Source of the DNA: Callorhinchus milii
Lineage: Eukaryota
DNA: 64,000 nt
Assembly: GCF_018977255.1 (NCBI RefSeq)
Contig: NW_024704742.1
Location: forward strand, 19,470,001 to 19,534,000
Direction: 5' to 3'
Shown: positions 1 to 13,034 of the stretch, piece by piece
Position numbering within the stretch: position 1 is the first letter of the stretch
How the letters are laid out: every line of letters begins with the position of its first letter
The notes under the pieces: generated by a model
Databases searched by the model: none
Seen by the model: the letters and a program-made list of their open reading frames with translations, nothing else
What the model was told of the DNA's origin: nothing
Translations under genes and position numbers: made by a program

Positions 1-504
1 GTTTGTACTTTCCAATGTGCAATAGGATGCTGCTGTCTATTTTGTAGCATTCACATCTTGAATTTGCTGTGATAATGGTAATTTTAATATTATTCAAAAA
101 AAGGTCATATTAAAATCGTAAAAGTTAGCAAAGGCTGAAGATGGTATGAATTTTGTTTTCTGACCTATTATCAGTCATTTTGGGCCTTTCTTTAGCAATT
201 GACACATCCAGTTTGCGAATATATCATTTTACACCCTTCAAGTACTGTATTATTTGTCATTCAACGTCTCTTGATAGCCTATGAGTCTATGATTTCAATG
301 TTAAATTAGCTATGATACTATCATAAAGAAATTTAAGGTCAATGCACAATTTATGGTCTTTTGGAAAGTCTTAGGATATATTATCAAGTTGATTCAAAGG
401 AACACTAACTAGTGGAAACCACATTCCATACAATTTGATTTCTTGAAATACTTACAATCCTAAAATGGCTAAAAAAGCTAGTGCTAGTGCTAACTCCCTT
501 ACTG

Positions 505-600
505 GATATATCTGCTTAATCCCATTCCCTGCTTATTTTCCGTAGCCTTTAATATTACTTTTTCTTCAAGTATTTATCCAATTCCCTTTTAAAAGCTGTT
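505..600 (-). mobile_element. CR1 LINE 3' relic
   Basis: Reverse strand reads ...aaagggaattggataaatacttgaag...ggctacggaaaataagcaggg, which resembles the CR1 3' segments at 14430-14500 and 19230-19310. Confidence 0.5.
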
Positions 601-1315
601 GTAAGCTTGACGCCAAAGCAAAGACCATTCTACATGTGGATACCAACGAAATCATGGGCCCAAGGGATAAAAGAGCCGCATAAGTTGCCAGAACTCTCCA
701 GAAACCAAAAGAGCAGGAGACAGGGCTGTCTATGATCAGTGATTCATTATTTGTTTACTTGGAAATTGTGACTGGTTTTCCAACATCAAAGAGAAAGTAA
801 CTGATCTAAGAAGTTATGCTAAATTAATATTAGTTTTTCAAGTCTTCAATGAGAAAAGTTAGTACATTTATATTGCATCTTCAGATAGCAAGATAGGAAA
901 CATAATAGTTGCTGTACTTTCCTGCTGATCTTATTGATATAAAATTATTTGAGGCAAAACTTTGTGAGAAGGTTCACTGGAAAGATCCTCTACACTGTGG
1001 AATCTACAGTTCAGTTTAAGAGTGGCACAAAGGCTTTCCCAGCAATCCCAAAAGACATCTTATCACAGCGCTTCAGGGAGCTTGGCCATGCCTCTTCGCT
1101 GAAATGTATGGAGGAGGGTGGTTTGGTTTAATCCAAAGCGGTCAGCAGTTTGGCTTCACTGCCAATTTTCTTAACCAACTGAACCTGGACAACCGCGCAT
1201 GATGATATAAGGATGTGTTAAGTCTCTGAGCTGCTGACCTAAATCATACGCACAGCATCTACAACATTTCAGTACTTGAAACCCAAATCTATTCCCTGTC
1301 TTCTTTTGTCTCAAG

Positions 1316-1408
1316 CTGTGTGGCAGGCATGAAGAGGTCAAGAGAACTCCTGAACCTGTGGATGTGTTTCCCTTTATGCGTTCCAAAAAGAGGGTGGATT
1401 CTCTGATT
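1316..1408 (+). CDS. Candidate internal exon, 93 nt, phase 0-0 (LCGRHEEVKRTPEPVDVFPFMRSKKRVDSLI); gene not recognised
   Basis: Pyrimidine tract ccctgtcttcttttgtctcaAG, donor ATT|gtaagt, only one frame open, length divisible by 3, non-repetitive context. Confidence 0.3.
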
Positions 1409-1607
1409 GTAAGTACATTTACTGACCTTGGTGGCATGAGCTCAGAGTGGGATGCCTGAAATCTTGAATATAAACACATCCACTGTAGTTTCCAGGCTTT
1501 TATTTAGCTTAGTCTGAGTGTGGCTAATGTCTTGCCATGAATGCCAGATCCATCCTAGCAATGACACATTAATCTGTCCCAACGGTATGCTTAATAACAT
1601 TTTGGTT

Positions 1608-1682
1608 TCCTGTCATGGGGCTCTGAGATGCTACCCTGCGTGGAGGGTGCTATATAAGTGCAAGTTGTTGTTGTTGTTGTTA
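1608..1682 (+). mobile_element. L2 LINE 3' tail (type 2)
   Basis: gctctgagatgctaccctgcgtggagggtgctatataagtgcaag(ttg)n; the same tail occurs at 28220-28280 and 39830-39900. Confidence 0.8.
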
Positions 1683-1964
1683 TTTTGGATTAATTTCAGT
1701 ACTTCTTTGGAAAGGTTAAAAAAAAGTATCCAGTTCCATTTTCCTGGGAATTTTCCACAACTTTTTTGAGGAATAATGCTTTCCCAATTAATTTTGGGTT
1801 TCACAGTAGACAGCAGTCGTTTACTCTTACCATTATGTTTACTTCCACTGGTACACAATAAGAGCCACCTACAATTTCTCTGCAATCCCCAAATAGCAGA
1901 GGATGGCTTCTTGTCTCTCAGCACCTTATCAGCATGCACTTTTTCAGCATCACGTGGCTGAAAT

Positions 1965-2690
1965 GCAGTGGAAAAGGAAGGTCTTGAGATGGACTTTGAA
2001 GGAGGTAAGGATGGGCTTTGGGACTGCTGAAAGTCCAACCGCCAATGGTGGGGCAGATGAGGGGAGGACACGAAGCAGATAGGTGCAGTCTGTATGGCAG
2101 GAGCAGTTGGGTTAGTATGTTTGAGGAAGTCACAGAGGTAAGTAGGATGGGATGAGATCCTGGAGGGATTCAAAGGTCAGGACGATCACGCTGGAGGTCC
2201 AGTGGAGCTGGGTGAGGATGGTGATGATAGGCTTGCAGAGCCCAGTCTGGGAAAGGAATGAGCTGCAGAGTTCTGCGTAGTCTGCAGTTTGTGAAGGGGG
2301 ATAGTTCAGTGAGCAGAGAGTTGGCATAATCTATCTTGGACATGATAAATGCATGGATTAGAGTCTCAGCGGCCTGAGGGAAGAGTTAGTCGTGGATCTG
2401 GGCAATGTTACAGAGGTGGAGAAATGCTGAACAAGTCCGAGTACTAATTTGGGATTTAAAGAACAACTGAGAGCCAAAAAACACTCCTTGAAGTGGAGAG
2501 TGTTTCCACATAGATTGATGCGGTCAATGCCTGAGATGAGAAGGTGCTGATGGGAACCAAGCAGGAGGGCCTCTGTCTTGTCGACGTTTAACTGGAGAAA
2601 GTTAGAGCTCATCCAGTATTTGATGTCCAACAGACAATAGGTCAGAACGGCAATGGCCTTGGAATTGAGGTTGGAGGCAGTGAGATATAT
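1965..2690 (-). mobile_element. L2 LINE fragment, decayed RT C-terminus and 3' UTR
   Basis: Translates to LLDIKYWMSSNFLQLNVDKTEALLLG (typical L2 RT motif); homologous to 9212-10385. Confidence 0.9.
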
Positions 2691-2754
2691 GCCAAAATCC
2701 ATAACCAGAAGTCAAATGCACATTGCAAAGCTTCTGGGCGCAATCATTGAAAAA

Positions 2755-2777
2755 TGTGTATGTGTGTGTGTGTGTGT
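2755..2777. repeat. (TG)n microsatellite
   Basis: Read directly. Confidence 0.9.
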
Positions 2778-3184
2778 TGTGGGGCGAGATGGGAACACAC
2801 CTCCAATACACACACCAACATATCACAATTTACAACCTCGAATCAACTTCTTTTCATTGACAGTGTTTCGAATTCTTGTAAAAACAAAAGTTTTCTCTGG
2901 GTTTATTTCGACCGCATCAGAAAAGTTTAGAATGTATTTTGTTTCCTCATGCTGGGCCCTGTTTGAATTTTTAAAAAAATCAACACTCTCTGTTCTCACA
3001 GCAATTTCTACTACTTTTTTTTCCCAAAGCCACATTAGTCTCAGCCAGACAAGTCTATTGAATAATATTTGAACTGAGGCCACAAATTGATCTGTCTCTG
3101 AGTTTTGTTTGAATATCATAAAATCATAGAAACAGGCCAACAAACCCATCGAGTTTGCACTGGTTCTCAGAGCAAGCTACACTT

Positions 3185-3400
3185 TCAATTCAACTTTGCC
3201 CAATTGTCAGACCCCTTCAAACCAATATACCTGTCTAGCTCCCTCTTGAAGCCCACGATGCACTCTACCGCTGCCACTTTACTTGGCAGGACAGTCCACA
3301 TCCCAACAACTGTTTGAGTGAAAATATTGCTCCCAAGCTCTCCTCTCTCTCTCTCTTCTAGTGGCTATCTTAAATCTATGTCCCCTTGTCACTGACTCCA
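3185..3400 (-). mobile_element. CR1 LINE 3' relic
   Basis: Reverse strand: gtgacaaggggacatagatttaag...ttcactcaaacagttgttgggatgtggac...gagggagctagacaggtat, matching other CR1 ends in the window. Confidence 0.7.
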
Positions 3401-4082
3401 ATATATTGCTCAGTTCAGTCACTTTAATCCCATTGTTATACTACCATATTCTATTTTGTCCAATGTTACTATTTTTCAGCATCAGCTTTCCTTCATATAA
3501 TGTCAGAAATCTATCGAGCTCGCTAACTGTTTTTTTTATTTCACAAAAGAATCCCCAAACCGAAAACTTTCCAGCAACATGGTTGCATCGGGCTAGCAAC
3601 ATACACATTTTGTACAACATTGGTACAACTAAAACTACAAACCCATGCATAGAAAAAGCATATTGGTCTTTATATTGGGTTATCAGTCTGCTTCAAGCAC
3701 TGGAATGCATTATGATAGGCTAAAGAAAAATGAAACAAGACTGAACTAAGCGATAAGGTTAGTTCGGGTCCGAGAAACTTAATTAAACTTTCCATTAGTT
3801 TGGCAAGTGATTTAGGGCTAACTTTATTGAAGTATATAACATGGTAAAATGTAAAGATAAAGTCAACCCAAACTATTACTCCAAAATAAGGCAGGAAAAT
3901 CGAATCAGGAGAAATTAATAGATACAATACGACAAATTTAATTTATATAGCGCCTTTTACATCGGGAGGATGTCCCAAATCCTAAATTAAGAGTAGAGCA
4001 AAGAGCAAGCAAAATATCAAAGAATATCAAACAAAGCTTCAGAGGCAAAACCATAAGGGCTATCCAGACACCATATTGGAAT

Positions 4083-4153
4083 TATTATTAGGCGTGTGGA
4101 ATACGGAAACTTGCCCAAGGTTTCGCCCTGCCTGGAATTGAACTCGGGTCTCT
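4083..4153 (-). mobile_element. Fragment of the young tRNA-derived SINE
   Basis: ggaaacttgcccaaggtttcgccctgcctggaattgaactcgggtctct is nearly identical to 54729-54780. Confidence 0.85.
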
Positions 4154-4639
4154 TCAAAGAAGCGTTCCTTATGTTCAAAGGTGTGCTGTCTGATTTCTTG
4201 GCTGGAAAACACTGCTTGAATCATATTGGGCTCATCTTTGCCCAGCTGTCGTTTGTGATTCTGCTTTTCAAAATGTGACTTTTAATATAAATCAAAGGTT
4301 TAAAACCAAACCAAGCAGAATTCACATTGGTAGGCTGAACAGCTATTCCAAGCCATTCAAGTTTTGGTGACCTCAACACACAATTATATAAACACATTCA
4401 TACATAAATAGAAATCAGCTTTCACTGATATTAGCATCCTTCACTTATGACAAACATCTTGAAGTGTTTTTACAGAGGTAATAGGGAGCAACAAGGAGTG
4501 AAGATAGAATGAAAATTTAAGGATGTTGAGTAAAGGCATGGTGAAAGCATTTTGAAAACAGAGAACGAATAAGGTGAAATGATTGTTGTGAAAAAATTCT
4601 GGAGAGTGTGGACATAATGGCTGAAGGTTTAGAAAAATA

Positions 4640-4823
4640 CAGTGAGTTTTTATAGCTAATGATAATTCAATGTAATTGGTGGTGTGATACCAGCCACTGG
4701 GTATGTGGAGTGAGCAGGAGGGTGGATTATATTTGGAGACTCATCTGGAAAAAACAGTAGCACAGACTTCATGGACTAAATGGCTTGCTTCGGTGCTGCA
4801 CTATTTCGAATTTCTACGATTCC
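4640..4823 (+). mobile_element. CR1 LINE 3' end
   Basis: gcacagacttcatggactaaatggcttgcttcggtgctg followed by a decayed ttctacgattc tail. Confidence 0.7.
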
Positions 4824-4894
4824 AATAAGCTGTGTCAGATAAAACACCATTCCTCACAGAGAGATACTCATGGCATTGCTGATCTCTTGGCCTG

Positions 4895-5360
4895 GTAGGG
4901 TTAGGGTAGTCTGCTTCCTGAAGCTCTCGGGTGAGCAGTACTGCAGGTCACTCCTAGCCAGCCTGGCTCATCAGTAGGTGTTGGAGGGGCAGATCAGTCA
5001 CTGGGTGCAGAAATTTGAATTCCTGTTAACCTGTTAACTCTATTATCTCTGTAAAGCCAAAGCCCTAATGGGTAGGATGGTTCTTGCTGGACAAACAGCA
5101 AGAAGATACTTTCAATGGCAAGCTATGCAGTTTTAGCTGGTTAGACTATAGCAGTACCACAATGCATGCTCAGGGATCCCCTTGATATGGCGCTTTCTAG
5201 CCTAAAACTCTCCGCAATTAGGTAAGCAGGGTACATCCCTCCAGGGAGAGAGTGCACATTCCAATCACAAGAATTTCCATGTGTAGATGGGATACATGGA
5301 ACTCTTGGTCTGGATTGGATACATAAACATGGTGATGGGCATCCTGCTGACCCAAACAAA
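4895..5360 (+). repeat. Unclassified interspersed repeat (family D)
   Basis: Reverse-complement homology to 13035-13500, 38392-38830 and 43338-43792; ends gctgacccaaacaaaa. Confidence 0.8.
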
Positions 5361-5876
5361 AGTTCTATAATTTTAATAGACCTGTTTGTTGCTTAAAATT
5401 CATCTTTTATACCACGTTTAATAAACAAGGGGTGAAGGTCCATGTGGGTGCTGACCTGACGATCGAATTCACCCAGCCTTTGACCTCCTCAGCCTTCGTT
5501 TGCATCATTAAATTCTTCCAACGCTGGGTTCAATAATTTTTGTTTTCTAAGTAAACACAACAGTTGCTGAGGGAAAGAAATTCAGCACAGCAAGTGCCCC
5601 CACCAGTTAATATCAACTTGCAACCACCCAACTCTTCTTACTCAAGGCTCCATCACAAACTGAAGCCTGATGCATAGACTATAATCGAAATCTGTTGATT
5701 CAGTAAAAACCTATATTTTCTGAAATTAGGTATTCCAAATGAAGGCTAAACCTGCTGTGCTTCATGAATGAGGTAAGCTTTATGGTCAGAATTTATTAAT
5801 CTGAATCATCCACCAATCTATTGAAAAAAAAGGTGAGATTTCCTTGGGTAAGTTGATCTCAAATAGTTCTGGAACA

Positions 5877-6005
5877 TCAACTACAACAAAATTACGTTTG
5901 TATAGTGCCTTTCACGTCGGGAGGACATCCCAAGGTGCTGGACAGACAGAGTTACGGACCTGAGCTGGGGGTTGGGGTGGAAGAAGAAGGAGGGCGGGTG
6001 GGAAG
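5877..6005 (-). mobile_element. L2 LINE 3' tail (type 1)
   Basis: acaacaaaattacgtttgtatagtgcctttcacgtcgggaggacatcccaagg matches 9225-9280. Confidence 0.85.
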
Positions 6006-6010
6006 CAGAA

Positions 6011-6175
6011 ACATAGAATATCAAACATAGAATCATAGAAATTTGCAGCACAGAAGGAGGTCATTTAGTCAATTGAATCTGCACTGCCTCCCAGAGCAAG
6101 GCGATTATCCAACCCCACCGGTCTGCCTTATCCCCATACCCCTTCAAGCCTCAATCCTCTAAAATTATTAATCTA
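6011..6175 (-). mobile_element. CR1 LINE 3' end
   Basis: (catagaat)n octamer tail, then gcagcacagaaggaggtcatttagtc. Confidence 0.8.
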
Positions 6176-8111
6176 CCCAGAAAGAAAACAGGAGTGGAGT
6201 GCGATCATTTATTGTAACAGCAACAGTTCCTTAATATTAATAATTATGATCCTTGCCTTTGACATAGCACCTTTCACCTCAGGAAGACATCTCAAAGCAT
6301 TTCACATGATATGTGAAGCTACGTTACTGTGTATTTTGTAGGCAATATAAATACACAATATTGCTTTTCTATCAACTATCTCTGAGCCATTTAAAGTTCC
6401 AGCTCCAGGTATTCTCCCTATATTTTTTTTTATCATAGTTTTACTTGAGTAAATGTTTCTTTAGAGCAACTGTATCTGGACAACAGCAACAACAGCCCAT
6501 TATAGAGTAGGAAAAACTCAATACAAAGAGAAAATCGCAGCTTTAAGTCCTCCAACAGACCAGAGGCTTCTGCAACAGAATGGGGCCCACCCATAGTCCT
6601 CACGAATCGCACGTCCTTCAATAAATCGATCGGAAGGAAGAGTGCCATGGGGCATCCATCATGCCTCCCGTAAAGGACTCGGAAGTTGCCCTTGTCTCCT
6701 CCAGTAAGAGTTGCGCCATAGCCTCTCACGCTACCCCGGGCCAGGACAAGGCAGGAAGTGGGCCCCACAATAGACCAGAGGCATCTGAGCCAGTACAACC
6801 AACTTCAGCTAAGTGCCTACACCAGTCGCAGGAAAGGGATGAATGCCTCTGCGATGCAAGATGCCATCTTATAGGACGAGTTTTCCAAAGTAATTACTTG
6901 TGAGAATTTCTAGAATACAATGGTTACGTGTTAAGTGGCGTGACAAGCGGAGTCCCTTAATAACATTTTCCATGGGAAGCGGCCAGGATTATGACAGCAT
7001 GGCTGCTTAAGTGGTAGTGACAAGTTATCCCAGGGTCTTGTTATCAGGAATTAATGTATGTTTAACAGTAGCCCTATCCCTATCTGAGGACCAGCGCTGT
7101 GCCCATTGTCATTTTGGGAAAGCATATTTTTAACATTATTTTTTAGTCCAAACCCCCGCTTGCCTCTCAGCCATCCCTTCCCTAATTCTCTCTCACTTCC
7201 CATGAGGTTGGATTTGACAGTATAGCTGCTGACTGTCCTGGGATGTCTTTGCGACGTGAAGTGTAATTTGTAGTTGTTGTTGCATGTCATGTCACTGACA
7301 TCCCCTTTCCACAATACAACAACAATACAACAAAATTACATTGATATAGCGCCTTTCACATCAGAAGGACCTCCCAAGGCACCAAAGGTAAGCAGTTGCA
7401 GGGTTGGAAATATTTAAAGTCATCCCAAAACACACAACTTTGTAACATGTCCTAACCCTAACCCCATGCTCAATTAAATCTCCCTCAATCCCCTCTGCTC
7501 CAAGGAATATGACCCTAGTCTACCCAGTCTTGCAATAGTTTAGCCTTTTAGACCAAGTATTGAACCATCGCTAATTAGCTTCCAAGAAGGTGACTTCTTT
7601 TAAAGAACTGCAGAAAAAAAAGCTTTCATATTAAGACTGAATAAAGAATTTTTCACAATTCAGTGTGATCTTAAATTTTAAAACAAATATAGATTTAATA
7701 AATTTTACCATTTTAATTTTTAAACTATATTCTGGACCCGGAAAGGGGAGGATGGCTGGTTCAATATCTTACACTCTGGAGTAATACATTTTTCATTGGT
7801 TTTGCTGGAATAAATATTTCTTCCCCACTAAAATCATATCTTCCCTGCACTGCATAAATCACAATTTAAATGTATTTCATTTCCATGAACAGCAGATTGC
7901 CTTTGGAAACCTCAGTTTGATGTTTCAATCTCAGATTCCAAATTGCAACCCTGATATTTTTCTTGTCATTCCACTCTCTAACCAAGAACTTGATTGAATC
8001 CTAACCATTCTCTTTGTTATCAGTTAATACATTAATACCAGTCACCAAAGATGAGTATGGTTGACATGTGAAACATTACGAACATGGCAATATTGTACTC
8101 CAAAGTTGAAT

Positions 8112-8360
8112 TTTATTTGGTCAGCCAGGTGTCTTCCGCAAGACACATGTGGAAACCATCACCATGCTTAAATGATCCAAACCAGACTGAGAGTTCCATT
8201 TATGGCAGCGATACATAGAAATTACTGTGTCTGGCATGAAACTCCCAGGAGGGACAAACCCCGTATACCTAATTTCAGAGAATATTAGGTGCAGGTTGGC
8301 AAGAGCCAAGCCTTTGGAACCTCAAAGAGTGCATTTGGGGTACTGCTGGAGTCCAAAACC
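8112..8360 (-). repeat. Family D repeat, 5'-truncated
   Basis: Shared end tttggtcagccaggtgtc and body ggcaagagccaagc...gtactgctggagtc. Confidence 0.8.
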
Positions 8361-8479
8361 TCAAAAGTTGAAGTTATATTTAACACAATTGGAATGCTAT
8401 AAAAGTGGTCTTTAAAACAGGGTAAATTCTAACATGAAAATAACTACAGAGAAACCTTTACATAAATAAAAATTGTGTA

Positions 8480-8890
8480 CACCAACAAAAACTTCCATTC
8501 ATGCAGGGTAACATCTTAGAGCAGTTAACAGTCGCAGAGCCTGACACCGAGCCAAGGGGAGGTGACTATAGGCACAATTGAAGAGTAAGGTCTTCGAGCA
8601 TGATCTGAAAACGGGGAAGGAGGAGGCAAGGCAGAGGATTAAAGAAGAGAGTTCCAAAGTTTCGGGATGTTGTGGTTGAAAGCACAGCCGCTGATGGTGG
8701 AGGGGAGGGAATGAAGAACAAGCAGGAGGACTCGAGCCAGCTGAGCAGCGGCTGTGGGTAGTGGAATGGGGAGTAAGCAGATCAGAAAGGTAAGGAGGTG
8801 CCAAGGCATGAAGGGATTTGTAGACGAGTGAGAAGATCCTGAAGTCAATACGTTCTGTGATAGGGAGCCAGTGGAGAGTGGCAAGCTTTG
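8480..8890 (-). mobile_element. L2 LINE 3' fragment
   Basis: LATLHWLPITERIDFRIFSLVYKSLHALAPPYLSDLL is the L2 ORF2 C-terminal signature. Confidence 0.92.
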
Positions 8891-9211
8891 CGATCACTTT
8901 GTGAGCAACAAATGGTCTTAAATTACAACGTCTTTCAGGCATACAGCACATTTCATGTAAAGAAATGCCAAGCAAGGTATAGAGAGATTTAAAGATGTTG
9001 AAAAAGACATAGTTGAAGAGATATGCTTTAGAACATTTTTGGGATGCAGGAGAGAGGTACCAAGATAAAGTGGTTTGGAATGAGAGTTCTAGAGTACAGA
9101 GGAATGCTGGCTAAGCCACTGATGATAAATGGAGGGAGTGAAGAGTGAACAATAGATCTGAAGAGCAACAACTTGCACTTTGTTGTAGAATAATATTTTG
9201 GAGCACTTTAC

Positions 9212-10385
9212 AATACAACAACAACCACAAAATTACATTTGTAAAGCGCCTTTCACTTCGGGAGGACGTCCCTAGGCACTAGACAGTCAGAGTTTCGGAC
9301 TCGAGCTAGGGATCAGGATTGGGGAGGGTGGAGAGCAGGGGGGAAAGAGGGAGATCAAAAGCACGGTCGAGGAGGAGGGTCTTGAGATGGGTCTTGAAGG
9401 AGGCAAGGAAGGGGGCGAGGAGGAGGGACTGCAGGATGGAGTTCCAGAGGTTGGGAGCCAATGGTGGGACGAGCGAGGCGGGGGACGTGAAGCAAGCTGG
9501 AGCCTGTTGAGCGGAGGGAGCAGGCAGCATGGTAGGGGGTTAGGAGGTTACATAGGTATGGGGGAGTAAGACCATGGAGGGCTTTGAAGGTGAGGACCAG
9601 GATCTTGAACTGTATCCTCTGTGTGATGGGAAGCCAGTGGAGTTGGGCAAGGATGGGGGTGATAGGGTCATGGAGCCTAGTGTGGGAGAGGACATGGGCT
9701 GCAAGTTCTGGATGATCTGAAGCCTTTGGAGGGAGGAGTTGGGGAGGCTGACAAGCAAGGCATTTGCATAGTCAAGCTTCGATGTAATGAAAGCATGTAT
9801 GTGGGTTTCGGGGGCCTGCAGTGTGAGACATTGGTGGAGCCGGGCGATGTTGTGGAGGTGGGGGAATGCAGAGCGAATCATGGCACAGATGTGGGGTAGA
9901 AAGGATAGTTGAGGGTTGTCAAGGTTCTGGATTGGCTTAGTGAGGTGGAGTGGGCATCCATGGGTGGTGATCCTGTCAGCACCTGAGATGTGGAGGTGCT
10001 GACAGGAGCGATCAGGAAAGCCTCGGTCTTGTTGATGTTCAACTGTAGAAAGTTGGCTCTCATCCACGACTTGATGTCTGACAGACATTTGTCTGGACAG
10101 GAACGTTCCTGGAGTTAAGGGTGGAGGCAGAGAGATAGAGTTGGTGTCATCTGCATACATGTGGAAGTTAACCCCATGTTTGCGGATGATGTCACCAAGA
10201 GAGAGCATATAGATATTGAAGGGAAGGGGACCAAGGACAGAGCCCAGAGGAACGCTGCACGAGATGGTGCAGGGCTAGAGAAGAAACCATTTGCAGAGAT
10301 GAAGTGGAGGCGGTGTGAGAGGTATGATCTGAACCAGTCAAGAACAGAGCAGTGAAGGTTGAGGTGAGAGGAGAGTCGGGCAGGG
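9212..10385 (-). mobile_element. L2 LINE, 5'-truncated, frameshifted RT plus 3' tail
   Basis: [19 protein letters not shown] (YADD), [29 protein letters not shown]; (ttg)n-type tail. Confidence 0.95.
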
Positions 10386-11419
10386 CAGACATGAGCAACA
10401 GGAAGGGGAGACAAAGAAAGGAGGTGACCATAGGCACAGTCAAAGACGTAGATCTTAAGACAGGACTCGAAGGCAGAGAGAGGGGGTAAGAATGGATGGA
10501 TTGAGGGAGGTAGTTCCTAAATTTATGGATGCACAATTGGAAAGTTCGGCCGTCAATGGTGACATGGGTATGACGGGAGAAGAGCAGAGGAATGTATGGC
10601 TAGACACACTTCTGTAAGTAGGGTGGGTGAATCAATTGTGGGATTTTATGACCAGGGCAGGGATCTTAAATCCTCTGTGGTATTGGGAGCCACTGTAGCG
10701 TTAAGAGGACAGGGTTGATGTGCAGAGCTTTGTGAAGGAAAAATATAGGTTGCAGTGTGCTGCTTCGGTTGAAGCTTCTAGCGAGCAGCGCTTGGGAGAA
10801 TTAGGATAGGGATGAGAGCAAAGTGAGCATTGAAAATCATCTATCACTTTGAAAACTGGCCCCCTTGGTTGTGCATTTCAAACACAATTAATGATGAATG
10901 TTATCACTGAGTTTCAGTCGTTCCCATTAATCTTCAGTTATTATTCTTCTAAACAGCTATTTTCGGCAAAACGTGAACTGAGTCAGAAAAAAAAGCTCGT
11001 ATTATAACATTGGATTTAGTTTGGGAAATATTCAACAGTATCTAAACTATTCAATATATCAGACTTAGTAAAATCTGAAATACTATAGGAATAGCACAAT
11101 AATTAACGAGATAGAGCAGCCAAAAACAAATCAATACCAGTCAGTGTTTCAGGACTGAAACTGCCCACTAGGGCAATTAAAGCCAAATTGACGGATTGCC
11201 ATTACACAAAAAATAATTGAACAGAACAATAGGGTTTTTTTTCATCTTTCCTTCGTTGAAGATGCAGAAGAAAATAGACTCAGTAAGATGGGGAGAGTTG
11301 AATTGTTAAAATATCATATTCTTCCTGCTTTCTACAAGATGGAAAAATGTCCCTTTGAAAATGAAAATAGGGGACCTGAAGTTCCATCAAGATTTAACCT
11401 GTAAGATCATTTTGTCATT

Positions 11420-11610
11420 TGGATTTGCTAATCTGGATGTCTCACATATGCGGAAACCCACTAACGTGCTTAAAAGTATCTAAACCAGATCAGAACATGA
11501 AAGTTCCATGCATCCCACCTACACATGGAAATCTTGTGTTTGGAGAAGAATGCGCACTAGAGGGATGCATGTTGCTTACCTAATTCTGGAGAATATTAAG
11601 AGAGTATTCC
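11420..11610 (-). repeat. Family D repeat, short decayed copy
   Basis: agttccatgcatcccacctacacatggaaa...gcttacctaattctggagaatatt is shared with the other copies. Confidence 0.8.
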
Positions 11611-12134
11611 TGAGCAAGATTTTATCTTAAAATTTAAGATGATATGTAACAAATTTTGAATTGTTCTTAAATTCAGTCTCAATTTCGAAGCCAGGATTCT
11701 GGAGTTCTTAAAAGAGTGGGCGTCTAAATTAAAACTGAATGTAAGCATCTTCCACAATTTTATATCAACTTCAATTTTAGGGCAATAGAGTCTTATAGAT
11801 TCAGAACATTAGGTGATATTTCTGACATCTTGGTTCTCTCTGAAATTCCACTGGTCAAGATTGTCTACTCTGGATTAAACATGCTTTGAAACATGTAACT
11901 ACACTTTACATTAAATCCTCCTTAGAAAATTTTCCTGATGTTAAAGGTGAATGTAATGACTATTATTATTAATATAATTCATAGTCAGAAAATCCAACCA
12001 GAGACGATTTATTAATCATGTCTATGAACATATAAGCACAGGTAACATGAGAATAACAATATAACACTAATTAAAGGCTTCTTTGCAGCACCTTGAACTT
12101 TATGGTTATTGGTATAATATCACGATATTTTGGA

Positions 12135-12240
12135 CCACAAAATATACAGTCAATTCACTTTACAGTATATTCTGTGAAGCACTTTGAGACGTCTAAAAGA
12201 CATGAAAAGCGCTATATCAAATGCAAGGATTATTATTATT
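12135..12240 (+). mobile_element. SINE 3' fragment
   Basis: cacaaaatatacagtcaattcactttacag...gcgctatatcaaatgcaagg(att)n. Confidence 0.9.
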
Positions 12241-13034
12241 TTTCTTATTTTCATTCTGCCACCTCATTTTCTGTCCTCTTCGTTCCCTGTCAAACCTATT
12301 TTTGGCTTTCAATATATTGCAAGCAATTTTCTCAATCTCTGCCCAGTTGGTTTCCAGTGCCGTTGTAAAGTACACAGGATTTGTCATGTAACTTCATTTA
12401 CCACTAGATGATTTGCTTACATTATCTTTTCCTTGCATTTCTACACCCCTAGGAGAGAGGTTTCTTTAAGTCAAGGGTCTGTGATTGTTTACAATAAAAC
12501 AATATTGCATCCTTTCAATACTGCAATTTATCACAAGGAGGCATTGAAACAGATTCTTAAAAAATAAGTATTTGCCAAACAAAATAGTTACAGTAATTAC
12601 TTGTAAAGGTCTTCGAATCACTTTGAGGTGATAAGACAGGTATACAAATTGAAATTTGGCTTCTGCGTAATATATAAAAGCCTTTGTCATTCTCTTAAAA
12701 TACTCCATTAAATGAATTTAAATGAATGCAATTATGTTTTAAACATATCCATATAAAAGCCTTGTTTCCCAATGAGTTATTGGGTAATTGTCATAAGTGG
12801 AGACATTTATCATAATTCTTTCCTGCCTCTGACTTGTTCACCTCTTCGTTGTGTAGGGAGATTGCAATTATGCTTCAAGTTACCTGGTAACGTTCTTTTC
12901 TCCTTATTTAAAAAAAGTCACATTGTTGGCCACAGACCTTACCAATATTTCCAAATGGACATAGCCTAACTGTAAATAATAATAGGTTATGCTTAAACAT
13001 CACACGTTTAACCTCATATTGGGGTAATAATCAC

